A stretch of DNA of 59,016 bases from Myxococcota bacterium (GTDB taxonomy: Bacteria > Myxococcota_A > Bradymonadia > UBA7976 > UBA1532): NCBI GenBank assembly GCA_036337435.1, contig JAYZEG010000088.1:1-59016 (forward strand), written 5' to 3'. Of this stretch, positions 1 to 8,883 are shown one piece after another. The notes beneath the pieces are model-generated. The model was given only the letters and a program-made list of their open reading frames with translations. It was not told where the DNA came from and made no database searches. Each line of letters opens with the position of its first letter. The first letter of the stretch is position 1. The translations under genes and the position numbers were made by a program.

Positions 1-97
1 AGTCCGGCGTGCGTGTCTACAAACTCACGGACTGAACAAGACGGAAAATCGACTGTCCATAGTCGACTTAAAAGATGTCGTGTATACTGCTAGACCT

Positions 98-1954
98 ATG
101 ATGCGAATGACCTACATCAATCTCTTTGTGACCGTATTCGCACTGGGATGCGCCACCGAGCAGCCTGCCGGTGAAATCGCTGAATCGGGCGACGTTTGGG
201 CAGAATTTGGGCTGCCCAAAAAAGGGGATGACCCCGGGTGTAGCGTCGAGAGCAAACTGTGCTGGCAGATTAAGGATATAAACGCATTCAAGGCGTTAAT
301 GGGTGCTGAAGACAGACTGCTCATGGCTCTCGGAGACCCTCTTGACCAGATGCGTACGATCGAGGGTGCCCTCATCCAGTTACGCGACAAATTGGTGAGC
401 ACCCAATTATCCAATCTCGAACAATTAATGGGAGATGCAGCACGGGTTGCTCAGTCGGCATCGTCTGATGCTGTGTTGGTCTGGCTCGATTCGCTTCGCA
501 GAGACGTCGTGAATGATCTATACGACGGCTACTTTACCGCCCATGCCGTCGGACTGGGCTCTCTTGCTCGAAACGACGCCAAGTACGACGTCTATGGACG
601 TGATGGTCATGAGGCCTCACAAGCCGGTCTGACCTCCGGCATGCTCGATAGCCTCTCCGAACTCAAAAACACGGGTGTCGTTGGGCAAGCCTACGCCCTT
701 CTGATGCTCAACACGGGCGTCCTCGATGAGGCTTATGTGGTCAACGACGGCCAATTCCCTTCTGAACGACCGATCGAATTACAGGCCCAAGAACTGATTG
801 ATCGTGCCCGTTGGGCGTCCATTCGACTCAACACCCTCACCAATTTAGAGAGCCTCATTCCTTTCGTCGGCCTAGGCATTTCAATCCCTCACAACATGAT
901 CGCGAACTTTAGAATTCGAGCACGCCTGGTCTTCCAACTCGTGAGCCTCTACGGGCTCGATATTCGGCAGGGGTCGAATCTCTTGCTGGCAACTCAAGTG
1001 ATGTTGAGTTCCATGGGGATTATTGAGACTCGCCTGCTCATGGCAGCCGCAATGGCGATTCCTGTTGTGACAGCAATCGCGATGAACATCACCGGTTCGG
1101 TCGCACCTCAGGCTGTATTTCGGCGGGTTCTCATGAATGGATTGTCGACTGTTTTAAGTCGTTTAGGGCGCCTTGGTGAGCAAGTTTTAGCACGCGCAGC
1201 AGCCCGAGCTGGTGCGCAGGCTGTGGGCCGCCAAGTACTCGGATACGCCACCCTCGGCGTGTCAATTATCGCCGATATTGCGCTCGCGACAGCCGCAACG
1301 AGTCGAATTGGGACACATGCCGACGCCCTCGCCAGACCTTGGGCGTCCATGGCACTCCAATACGGGTCCGATTTGTTTTCGGACATGGGGCAGGGCGGTC
1401 GATGTATGTTTCAGCTATTCGGACAAGCCGCCCGGGCCGACGGACGCCTCTCTCCTGATGAATTGGTCTATATCGCCGGTCAGCTCACTCGACAAAATTA
1501 CCGCGCTGGTCGTTGGGTAATGGCCGATGGAATCCAATCAGACCGATGGGTTGCCGCTTTAAGTGACGATAGCCTCGCCGACTGCGTCATAGCCAACCTA
1601 GTCCCACGCTCCGTCAGTGATAGGCGCAACGTGCTCGCCCTTGTCGCCGTTTTACTTGCCATCGACGGGGTTTTTTCACCCGAAGAGATGAGCCATCTCG
1701 ATGCCCTCGTAGATGCGCTCGACGGCGATCGACTCTTCGGAGACGGTATTGGCATCCGCGAGGATGATCTCGAAGCGATCATTGTTCACATTGAAAGCGT
1801 TTTCTCGAGCCGCCCTCCATTGATTGAAATCTTTGGTCTTGAGCTCATTGGCTCGCTTCATGGGTCGGACTTTGTACTCGGCCTTGAGCAGGTCACACCG
1901 TCTCAAATTGACCGGGTGCGATGCGGATTTACGCAGAACTGTTTCGATCAGTAG
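98..1954 (+). CDS. Lipoprotein with EcsC-like central domain and C-terminal TerB-like motifs
   Basis: Lipobox FALGC. EcsC-like segment LIPFVGLGISIPHNMIANFRIRARLVFQLVSLYGLD followed by Ala/Gly-rich helices. Two TerB-like motifs, ARADGRLSPDE and LAIDGVFSPEE. ATG at 98 preferred over the track GTG at 80. Confidence 0.55.
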   Translation: MMRMTYINLFVTVFALGCATEQPAGEIAESGDVWAEFGLPKKGDDPGCSVESKLCWQIKDINAFKALMGAEDRLLMALGDPLDQMRTIEGALIQLRDKLVSTQLSNLEQLMGDAARVAQSASSDAVLVWLDSLRRDVVNDLYDGYFTAHAVGLGSLARNDAKYDVYGRDGHEASQAGLTSGMLDSLSELKNTGVVGQAYALLMLNTGVLDEAYVVNDGQFPSERPIELQAQELIDRARWASIRLNTLTNLESLIPFVGLGISIPHNMIANFRIRARLVFQLVSLYGLDIRQGSNLLLATQVMLSSMGIIETRLLMAAAMAIPVVTAIAMNITGSVAPQAVFRRVLMNGLSTVLSRLGRLGEQVLARAAARAGAQAVGRQVLGYATLGVSIIADIALATAATSRIGTHADALARPWASMALQYGSDLFSDMGQGGRCMFQLFGQAARADGRLSPDELVYIAGQLTRQNYRAGRWVMADGIQSDRWVAALSDDSLADCVIANLVPRSVSDRRNVLALVAVLLAIDGVFSPEEMSHLDALVDALDGDRLFGDGIGIREDDLEAIIVHIESVFSSRPPLIEIFGLELIGSLHGSDFVLGLEQVTPSQIDRVRCGFTQNCFDQ

Positions 1955-2045
1955 CGGATGATTTTTGGCGCTTTCCGCGATGGGATGCAAATTCGACAAA
2001 CCCACCGAATAAGTTTGTCACCCACCGAGTTTCGTTTGCATCGCC

Positions 2046-2073
2046 TTGACAGAATGAATTTAATCGGTAAAAG
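2046..2073 (+). promoter_or_regulatory. Putative sigma70-type promoter of the E1 gene
   Basis: TTGACA at 2046-2051, 16-nt spacer, TAAAAG at 2068-2073. Confidence 0.35.
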
Positions 2074-2192
2074 ACGCCACAGTGCTAGATCCGATGGTCA
2101 TTGGATGTTAAGCAGAATTATGATGCGTTGAGGCCTTGCGTGATAGGTCTCCTAATTTGAAATTGAGACGGCAATCAGAAGCGGAGGGTTCC

Positions 2193-4238
2193 GTGGGTAA
2201 AGCAGCAAAGAAGAACGAGCAAGGGCCATTGGCTGGCCTCGATGCGGATATGGTCAGAGAGTGGTTCAAAATCACTCACCTCGGTCGGCTTATCGAGGAC
2301 AAAGCCTATCTATACATTCGCGCCGCGAAAGGGTGGTCATATCATGCCCCATTCGCCGGTCATGACGGGATCCAACTGGCACTCGGCCAAGCCTTTCGGG
2401 CCAACAAAGATTTTCTGTTCCCGTATTACCGAGACCTCCTGACCTGTTTGGCAGCGGGCCTGAGCGTCGATGAGATCTTGATGAATGGCCTTTCCAAAGA
2501 CGGCGATGTCGCGGGTGGTGGACGGCATATGTCTAATCACTTTGCGAAGCCTGAGATTGGGATTCAAAATGTCTCCAGCTGCACAGGGAACCACACCTTG
2601 CACGCTGTCGGGGTGGCTCGCGCGATTAAGTATTACGAGTCTGATGGCATTGCATTCTCAAGTCAGGGTGAGGCGAGTACAAGCGAGGGCTATGTTTACG
2701 AAGCTCTCAATGGTGCGAGTCGTGAGAAACTGCCCGTGATTTTCGTCATCCAGAATAACGGTTTTGGCATATCCGTCCCGGTCAGTCAGCAGTCAGCGAA
2801 TGCACGGGTTAGCGACAATTATCGCGGTTTGGCCAACCTCAAGATCATCAACGTTGATGGCACTGACTTCGTCGATTGTCACAACGGAATGCAAGAGGCG
2901 ATCGCCCATGTTCGAACGGGTGAAGGACCGGTCTTGCTCCACGCTCAATGTGTACGTATCGGTGCTCACTCCAATTCAGACCGCCATACGCTGTATCGAA
3001 GCGACGACGAGATCTCAGAGGCAGAAAGTCACGATCCATTGCCGAAACTCAGAGCGGCGCTCATCGATGCAGGGTTGATGACAGAAGAAGAGCTCACGGC
3101 TGTCGAAGAAGCAAATGTGGCCGCGCTTGCAGCTGCAGCTGAGCGTGTAGAAGCATCACCGGACCCTGATCCCGTCAGCGTGGACACATTTGTCGAGCCA
3201 ACGCCATGGCAAGTGGAGGAGACGCCCACGCCCGAAACCGGGGACAAATGGAAGCTTCGTGAAGCCATCAATGAAACGCTTCACGCGGAATTTCAACGCA
3301 ATCCGGATACGTTCATTTGGGGCCAAGACGTTGCCAGTAAAGACAAGGGTGGCGTTTTTAACGTGACCAAGGGCATGGAAGCGGCCTTCGGACCAGCTCG
3401 TGTTTTCAACGGACCCATTGCCGAAGATTACATCGTAGGTACAGCCAACGGCATGGTCCGCTACAAAGAAGACTTACGCGTGGTTATCGAGGCGGCTCAA
3501 TTCGCCGACTACATCTGGCCGGCAATGGAACAAATCGTCGAGATGACACACGACTATTGGAGAAGCCGTGGTCAATTCAGTCCTAATGTGACGTTGCGAC
3601 TCTCGAGTGGTGGTTACATCGGTGGTGGCTTGTATCACTCGCAGAACACCGAGGCCATCTTTGGCCATCTGCCTGGCTGTCGCGTGGTCGTTCCAGCATT
3701 TGCGGATGACGCGGCCGGATTGCTCCGCTCGTGCATTCGCAGCGAAGGCATGACGTTCTTCCTTGAACCGAAGTTTCTCTATAACCAGGGGTTTGCATCG
3801 ACGATTCGATGCGACGAGAATCACGCCGTTCCACTCGGTAAGGGTCGAATCCGGCGCCCTGGTTCGGACGCGACCATCGTTGCTTGGGGTACACCCGTGC
3901 ATTGGAGCATTCGTGCAGCCAATAAGTTGGCCAAAGAAGGCCATGAGGTCGAAGTAATCGACCTCCGATCAATTCGTCCATGGGACCAAGAGATGGTCGC
4001 TGAGTCCGTTCGTAAAACAGGCCGACTCCTTGTCGTTCATGAAGATCACATCACCAATGGCTTTGGTGCAGAGATTGCCGCTTGGGTCTCTCAGAATGTG
4101 TTTGAATGGCTCGATGCGCCCGTTCAACGCGTTGGGGCCAAAGACATTCCCATCGGTTTCTCACGGATCCTTGAGCGCGAGACTCTGCCGTATGAAGCCG
4201 ATGTCCATGAGGCGCTCAGCGCTTTGCTTGCCTACTGA
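2193..4238 (+). CDS. 2-oxoacid (probably branched-chain 2-oxoisovalerate) dehydrogenase E1, fused alpha+beta subunits
   Basis: PYYRD, HMSNH, TPP-binding GEASTSEG...QNN, HSNSD. Beta part GQDV...GGVFNVT, PIAE, HSQ, FLEPK, EVIDLRSIRPWD. GGAGGG RBS before GTG 2193. No E2/E3 adjacent. Confidence 0.9.
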   Translation: MGKAAKKNEQGPLAGLDADMVREWFKITHLGRLIEDKAYLYIRAAKGWSYHAPFAGHDGIQLALGQAFRANKDFLFPYYRDLLTCLAAGLSVDEILMNGLSKDGDVAGGGRHMSNHFAKPEIGIQNVSSCTGNHTLHAVGVARAIKYYESDGIAFSSQGEASTSEGYVYEALNGASREKLPVIFVIQNNGFGISVPVSQQSANARVSDNYRGLANLKIINVDGTDFVDCHNGMQEAIAHVRTGEGPVLLHAQCVRIGAHSNSDRHTLYRSDDEISEAESHDPLPKLRAALIDAGLMTEEELTAVEEANVAALAAAAERVEASPDPDPVSVDTFVEPTPWQVEETPTPETGDKWKLREAINETLHAEFQRNPDTFIWGQDVASKDKGGVFNVTKGMEAAFGPARVFNGPIAEDYIVGTANGMVRYKEDLRVVIEAAQFADYIWPAMEQIVEMTHDYWRSRGQFSPNVTLRLSSGGYIGGGLYHSQNTEAIFGHLPGCRVVVPAFADDAAGLLRSCIRSEGMTFFLEPKFLYNQGFASTIRCDENHAVPLGKGRIRRPGSDATIVAWGTPVHWSIRAANKLAKEGHEVEVIDLRSIRPWDQEMVAESVRKTGRLLVVHEDHITNGFGAEIAAWVSQNVFEWLDAPVQRVGAKDIPIGFSRILERETLPYEADVHEALSALLAY

Positions 4239-4241
4239 CTC

Positions 4242-4631
4242 TTATGGCGTCGCTGGGTCCACAGTGCCGGTCTTCGGCTGCGGCGCTGTGGGCTGAGGCT
4301 TGAGCTGACTGGGTTGAGCGCACAGCCTCAGGCATTCACTCTTGGTCTGTCTCTGGGACGCACAGCGCGCCTGGCACTCCGACGTATTCTGTCTCAAGAG
4401 TCCATCGACCACCACCTTTGTCAAAATCGGTTTGTTGACGCCTTGGCGACTCTCATGGCGCCTGAGCCGGTCCATCACGACAGGGCTGATCACCCTTGTT
4501 TGGGAGGATTGCTTTTTTGTGACAGGCCGCTTTTTCTGATTCTCCCCTGGTGTCTTGCGAGTACAGCCACAACAGCCAACGACCATTAAAATAGCAACAA
4601 GCAGCGGACTTAATTTCTTGTTGGTGCACAT
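4242..4631 (-). CDS. Small hypothetical lipoprotein
   Basis: GGAGGG RBS; signal-like N-terminus ending VVGCCGC; C-terminal CxxxC...CxxxC pair. Confidence 0.5.
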   Translation of the reverse strand: MCTNKKLSPLLVAILMVVGCCGCTRKTPGENQKKRPVTKKQSSQTRVISPVVMDRLRRHESRQGVNKPILTKVVVDGLLRQNTSECQARCASQRQTKSECLRLCAQPSQLKPQPTAPQPKTGTVDPATP

Positions 4632-4825
4632 ATGCCCTCCGGGTTGCTGCCTAGCCTAGAAGACTCTTTGGATAAAGGCAATTCGCTTTGCTTTTGCCCC
4701 ATCAGACGCGAGAAACCTTCGACAGTAGGCGAAAGCAATGGTATACGCGCTGCCCACGCGCCGGATCCACACTAGGCCTCTCGGCTATTTTTTTGGATGG
4801 GGCCAAACGGGCAATCGGAGGAGCA

Positions 4826-6262
4826 ATGTCTCACGGCATTCGACTTATTGTCACCATCACAGCACTCGTCTTTGCATCGTCTTTTGTTGCAGAGTCTCAG
4901 GGTTACGTTTCGTTGATCGAGTTAGCTGACTTTAATGATGTCGTCCACCCCGCTTTCAAGTCGTCGACTGCTGGTCTGGCACAAGATGAGCACGTGGCAA
5001 CAAAAACAACGACGACCATGGCACAATCCATCCCAAGTGAGGCTCCACCGGCGGCCCCGCTCGATGGGCTCAATGCGCCTCAAAAGCCTGCCGCCAATCG
5101 AGAAACAACGGGAGATGGGGCAACTGACGAGGTGCATTCAGCACCGCAACCCCCTCACAAGTTGCAAGCCTTCTTTGACCGGATCGATGAGGCAAAGCGG
5201 CCTGGTGGCCGCCCTGTGCATGTTGTTCAGCTGGGAGATTCAGAAATTGCATCCGATGCGGTGACGATGACAGCACGAGAGCTCGCGGCCAGCAAATACG
5301 GTGATGGAGGCCCCGGTTTTGTATTAGCAATGAAGCCCTGGCCCTCCTATTCTCGGTCCAAAATTCTACATAGCAAACCAGAGAAATTTCGTGTGCGGTC
5401 GTTCCCTAGGCGAGAGATCAAAGACGGTCACTATGGGCCTGGTGGCGTCGGTTTCGAACCAAGAGGTGGATACAGTCGGTTCATCAGTCTTCGGTCTGAG
5501 ATCGTGGGCAAGCCATGTGTCGTGACCTTCCACTATTTGCAACAGCCCAAGGGTAGCAAAGTCAGTATCGTCGCCGGGGGAAACGTGGTTGCTGAGGTAT
5601 CGACGGAGGGAACCAAGTCCGCCAGCCAGCACTTGGTAGAGCTAGCATCATGCTCGAAGTCCCTCGGATTTCGCATGATGGGCGGCGGCCGGCTGAGGGT
5701 CTTTGGATGGCAGGTGCACACCAAGTCAGGGGGGATGTCGTGGACCTCGATCGGAGTTAATGGTGCTCGCTACAGTCATTTGAACAACTATGCGGATGGC
5801 ACCTTTGCCCAGTCTTTGCAGGCCATCAAACCCGATCTGCTGATCTTTGGGTTCGGTTTAAACGTGACCTCCTATCCACATGGATTGAACAAGAACTATG
5901 AAGCGCGCATACAGACGGTCTTCGATGGACTCAAGCCTCTGATTACTAAAACGCTTTGTATCTTGTTGGGTCATTATCCAGTGGCAGCAAAGCTCACGGG
6001 CCGGTGGGGTGTAAGCCCGACTTTGTACAAGGTCTTGGAGATTCAAAAGCGACAGGCTAAACGCCACGGTTGCGTATTTGTTGACCGATTCACACGTCTT
6101 GGAGGTGCCAAGGTCTTGTCAAAGTGGCGTCGAGGCAGACCCCGAATCTTGTCTGCGGATAATGTTCATTTGACCCGTGAAGGGTCGCGCCAGATGGGCG
6201 AATTCATCTTTAAATATCTCACCGTCGAATACGAAAAGTCCGCAGCCCAGACGGATAAGTAG
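4826..6262 (+). CDS. Exported SGNH/GDSL-family protein, PatB/AlgJ-like O-acetyltransferase partner
   Basis: Signal/anchor helix; block I QLGDS; GPGFV; GVNGA; GFGLN; block V DNVH. GGAGGAG RBS before ATG 4826. Ends 6 nt before the MBOAT gene. Confidence 0.75.
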   Translation: MSHGIRLIVTITALVFASSFVAESQGYVSLIELADFNDVVHPAFKSSTAGLAQDEHVATKTTTTMAQSIPSEAPPAAPLDGLNAPQKPAANRETTGDGATDEVHSAPQPPHKLQAFFDRIDEAKRPGGRPVHVVQLGDSEIASDAVTMTARELAASKYGDGGPGFVLAMKPWPSYSRSKILHSKPEKFRVRSFPRREIKDGHYGPGGVGFEPRGGYSRFISLRSEIVGKPCVVTFHYLQQPKGSKVSIVAGGNVVAEVSTEGTKSASQHLVELASCSKSLGFRMMGGGRLRVFGWQVHTKSGGMSWTSIGVNGARYSHLNNYADGTFAQSLQAIKPDLLIFGFGLNVTSYPHGLNKNYEARIQTVFDGLKPLITKTLCILLGHYPVAAKLTGRWGVSPTLYKVLEIQKRQAKRHGCVFVDRFTRLGGAKVLSKWRRGRPRILSADNVHLTREGSRQMGEFIFKYLTVEYEKSAAQTDK

Positions 6263-6268
6263 ACCCAG

Positions 6269-7702
6269 ATGCTTTTTAACACAGCCCAGTTCGGCATTTT
6301 CCTATTTGCCGTCCTCGCGATCTATTGGGGGTTGTCCCGATACCGAACGCTTCGGTTAGGCTTCCTCCTGCTGGCCAGTTACTACTTTTATGCCTCGTGG
6401 AACGCCGCGTATCTGCTGTTAATTGGTGCAGTCACTTTGGTTGACTATCTCGGTGCACTCGCCTTGGTTAAGGTTCCATTGGCCGGCCTGCGACGGCTGA
6501 TGCTCACCCTTATCGTGTTGGCCAATTTAGCCGTGTTAGGGTACTGGAAATATACCAATTTTCTGATCGATGCCTTCCGCTCATACCTCGGGTATTTGGA
6601 CGGCTACCCGACGGCCCCTTTGGACATTATCTTACCCGTCGGCATCTCGTTCTTTGTTTTCCAAGGACTCAGTTATGTAGTCGATGTTTATCGAGGGGAT
6701 TCACCGGTTGAACGCTCCCTGCCTCGGTTTGCTCTATACATTGCCTTTTTTCCGCAGTTGGTCGCCGGCCCCATCATTCGAGCAAAAGACCTTCTTTTTC
6801 AATTCGAACAGGACGTGCGGCTGACCACAGAGCAAACAGGACTCGGCCTCTATATGATTCTCTGTGGGTTGCTGAAAAAAGCCATTTTTGCTGATTATTT
6901 GGCCGCTAATCTACTGGATCGCGTCTACGATAACCCGACCAGTTATTCTAGCCTGGAGGTGCTGGGCACCGTTTATGGTTATGGATTACAAATTTATGGT
7001 GATTTCTCAGGTTACACGGACATCGCCATCGGTGTTGCGTTGCTCTTAGGCTTTGTGTTGCCGCCCAACTTTAATTTGCCTTATCGAGCCATTGGTTTGC
7101 AGGATTTCTGGCGTCGTTGGCATATTTCATTATCCACGTGGCTCAGAGATTATCTCTATATACCCCTCGGGGGGTCGCGGGGTGGCCAAATCGCAACATA
7201 TCGCAACCTTTTTATCACCATGCTCTTAGGCGGCTTATGGCATGGTGCCTCGTGGAATTTTGTGATCTGGGGAGCCTTTCATGGCATCGGTCTGAGTCTA
7301 TGGCGTCTGTCAGCAGCCGGTTGGACTTGGATGCAACCTCGTTTTGGTCTACCGGATTTAGACACCGGCATCGTGAGGGCACTCAGGACCTGTTTGACGC
7401 TTCACTTTGTCTTGATGCTCTGGATCTTTTTCCGCGCGCAGGACTTTGAGTCCGCCATCGCAATTTTCACTCAATTGGCTTCGTTCACGCCCGGGACAGC
7501 CAATCTCAGTGCTGCTGTCGTGGGCGTACTCATTGTCGGTTATGCGATTCATTACGCTCCGCTCAAGTGGCATAATAATCTCCGACAAAAATTTGTTGAA
7601 GCCTCGTGGGTGGCCCAGTCGATTATCACCGTCAGTGTCCTCTGGATTCTCCGTTTCCTCAGTCTGGATACGCCTCAACAGTTTATTTATTTTCAGTTCT
7701 GA
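6269..7702 (+). CDS. MBOAT family O-acyltransferase (AlgI/PatA/DltB-like)
   Basis: LPVGISFFVFQ, FFPQLVAGPI, YGDFSGYTDIA, FWRRWHISLSTWLRDYLYIPLGG, GLWHGA, C-terminal FIYFQF. Confidence 0.93.
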   Translation: MLFNTAQFGIFLFAVLAIYWGLSRYRTLRLGFLLLASYYFYASWNAAYLLLIGAVTLVDYLGALALVKVPLAGLRRLMLTLIVLANLAVLGYWKYTNFLIDAFRSYLGYLDGYPTAPLDIILPVGISFFVFQGLSYVVDVYRGDSPVERSLPRFALYIAFFPQLVAGPIIRAKDLLFQFEQDVRLTTEQTGLGLYMILCGLLKKAIFADYLAANLLDRVYDNPTSYSSLEVLGTVYGYGLQIYGDFSGYTDIAIGVALLLGFVLPPNFNLPYRAIGLQDFWRRWHISLSTWLRDYLYIPLGGSRGGQIATYRNLFITMLLGGLWHGASWNFVIWGAFHGIGLSLWRLSAAGWTWMQPRFGLPDLDTGIVRALRTCLTLHFVLMLWIFFRAQDFESAIAIFTQLASFTPGTANLSAAVVGVLIVGYAIHYAPLKWHNNLRQKFVEASWVAQSIITVSVLWILRFLSLDTPQQFIYFQF

Positions 7703-7722
7703 GTCCCATGGAAAAAGGCGAG

Positions 7723-8715
7723 TCACCGAGTCGGGACGTTGATGGCCTGATGGGCGCAAATATCATGGGGTCGAGGCAGCGTAAGCGCGCACTCGAAATA
7801 GGAAAGAATGCCTCCGATATCACTGTCGACGTATGGGCCTGGTCGGCGTGGATTAAACCTCCAGAAAAGGGGGGTGGTTGGCCAAAAGCGCCAGGGATTG
7901 ACCCAGACCGGGTAATGTTCAACACACAAGGCCCATGTGTTGTGGCAGTGATGTTGAAAATCTTCTTGTTCGCCCGTGAAACGATCGAACCACATGTTGG
8001 CCATTCGCTTATATCGCCAATCCGTCTGTCCTTTCTTAAACGCGTTGATGAGCGCACCGTAGTGCTTGTAGACACGGCGGGATAAGACCCTAGGTTGTAT
8101 CAAAGTTCCCATCGTTGAGTGTAGATTGGCACTGGCGACAAAATCCACTTGGTCATGGAGAGTTGCTAGAGCGCGAGTCTCCGGCTCGCTGAGGGCAGAC
8201 GCACCTCGATAAAATGCGTTCGTTGGGTCTTGGGAACCCAGTCGCCATCCACCAAATTTGAGCCACGTTTTTTGAGTATCACTCGGTCGTGGGTAATTTC
8301 GGTTCAAATCGACCCCATTGGCGTTTGTTCTCAACTCAGCAAGCACGCCTTGTCCCTGTTGTTGCCATGTTCGAAAATATGCATCGGGATTAAGGGTCGG
8401 GATAATCCAGAGATCAACTTTTTGAAGAAGTTCGGCAACTCTAAAACAGCCTTCGGCGGCACGTTTTAAGAGCCCAAGAGCAACCTCCACAGCGATGAAT
8501 TCAACACCATGAATATTTGCGCAGACAAGAACCGACCTGGCGGAGGTCGATGAGCTTTTAATTTGAATTGCGTCAATGGGACGTCCCTCAACGGACCGAC
8601 CGATGGTATGCCGAATCATGCCTTCGGTCTTTGTATGGGCCACTGTGGCCTCATAGACTGCATCTAGGGTTCGGTAAGGCGATAAGGCCAAATTTGCATC
8701 GATGAGATTTGTCAT
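7723..8715 (-). CDS. M14 family zinc carboxypeptidase
   Basis: IGRSVEGRPI, HGVE (HxxE), NPD, RTNANGVDLNRNYP, SEPET, NLHS. No signal peptide. Confidence 0.88.
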   Translation of the reverse strand: MTNLIDANLALSPYRTLDAVYEATVAHTKTEGMIRHTIGRSVEGRPIDAIQIKSSSTSARSVLVCANIHGVEFIAVEVALGLLKRAAEGCFRVAELLQKVDLWIIPTLNPDAYFRTWQQQGQGVLAELRTNANGVDLNRNYPRPSDTQKTWLKFGGWRLGSQDPTNAFYRGASALSEPETRALATLHDQVDFVASANLHSTMGTLIQPRVLSRRVYKHYGALINAFKKGQTDWRYKRMANMWFDRFTGEQEDFQHHCHNTWALCVEHYPVWVNPWRFWPTTPLFWRFNPRRPGPYVDSDIGGILSYFECALTLPRPHDICAHQAINVPTR

Positions 8716-8883
8716 GGTTCATACTGCCATTCTAAATACATATTTCTCAATCTTTACCGGCAGATGGTGCGCGAAGATGAAACATGGGCATCGTGGTTTC
8801 CGGCGTCTGGTTGTGTGAATCCGGTCTACTTTGCGCATCGCCCACTGGTAAATTCCGTTGGCATTATGTAAACGGTGGGTCCG

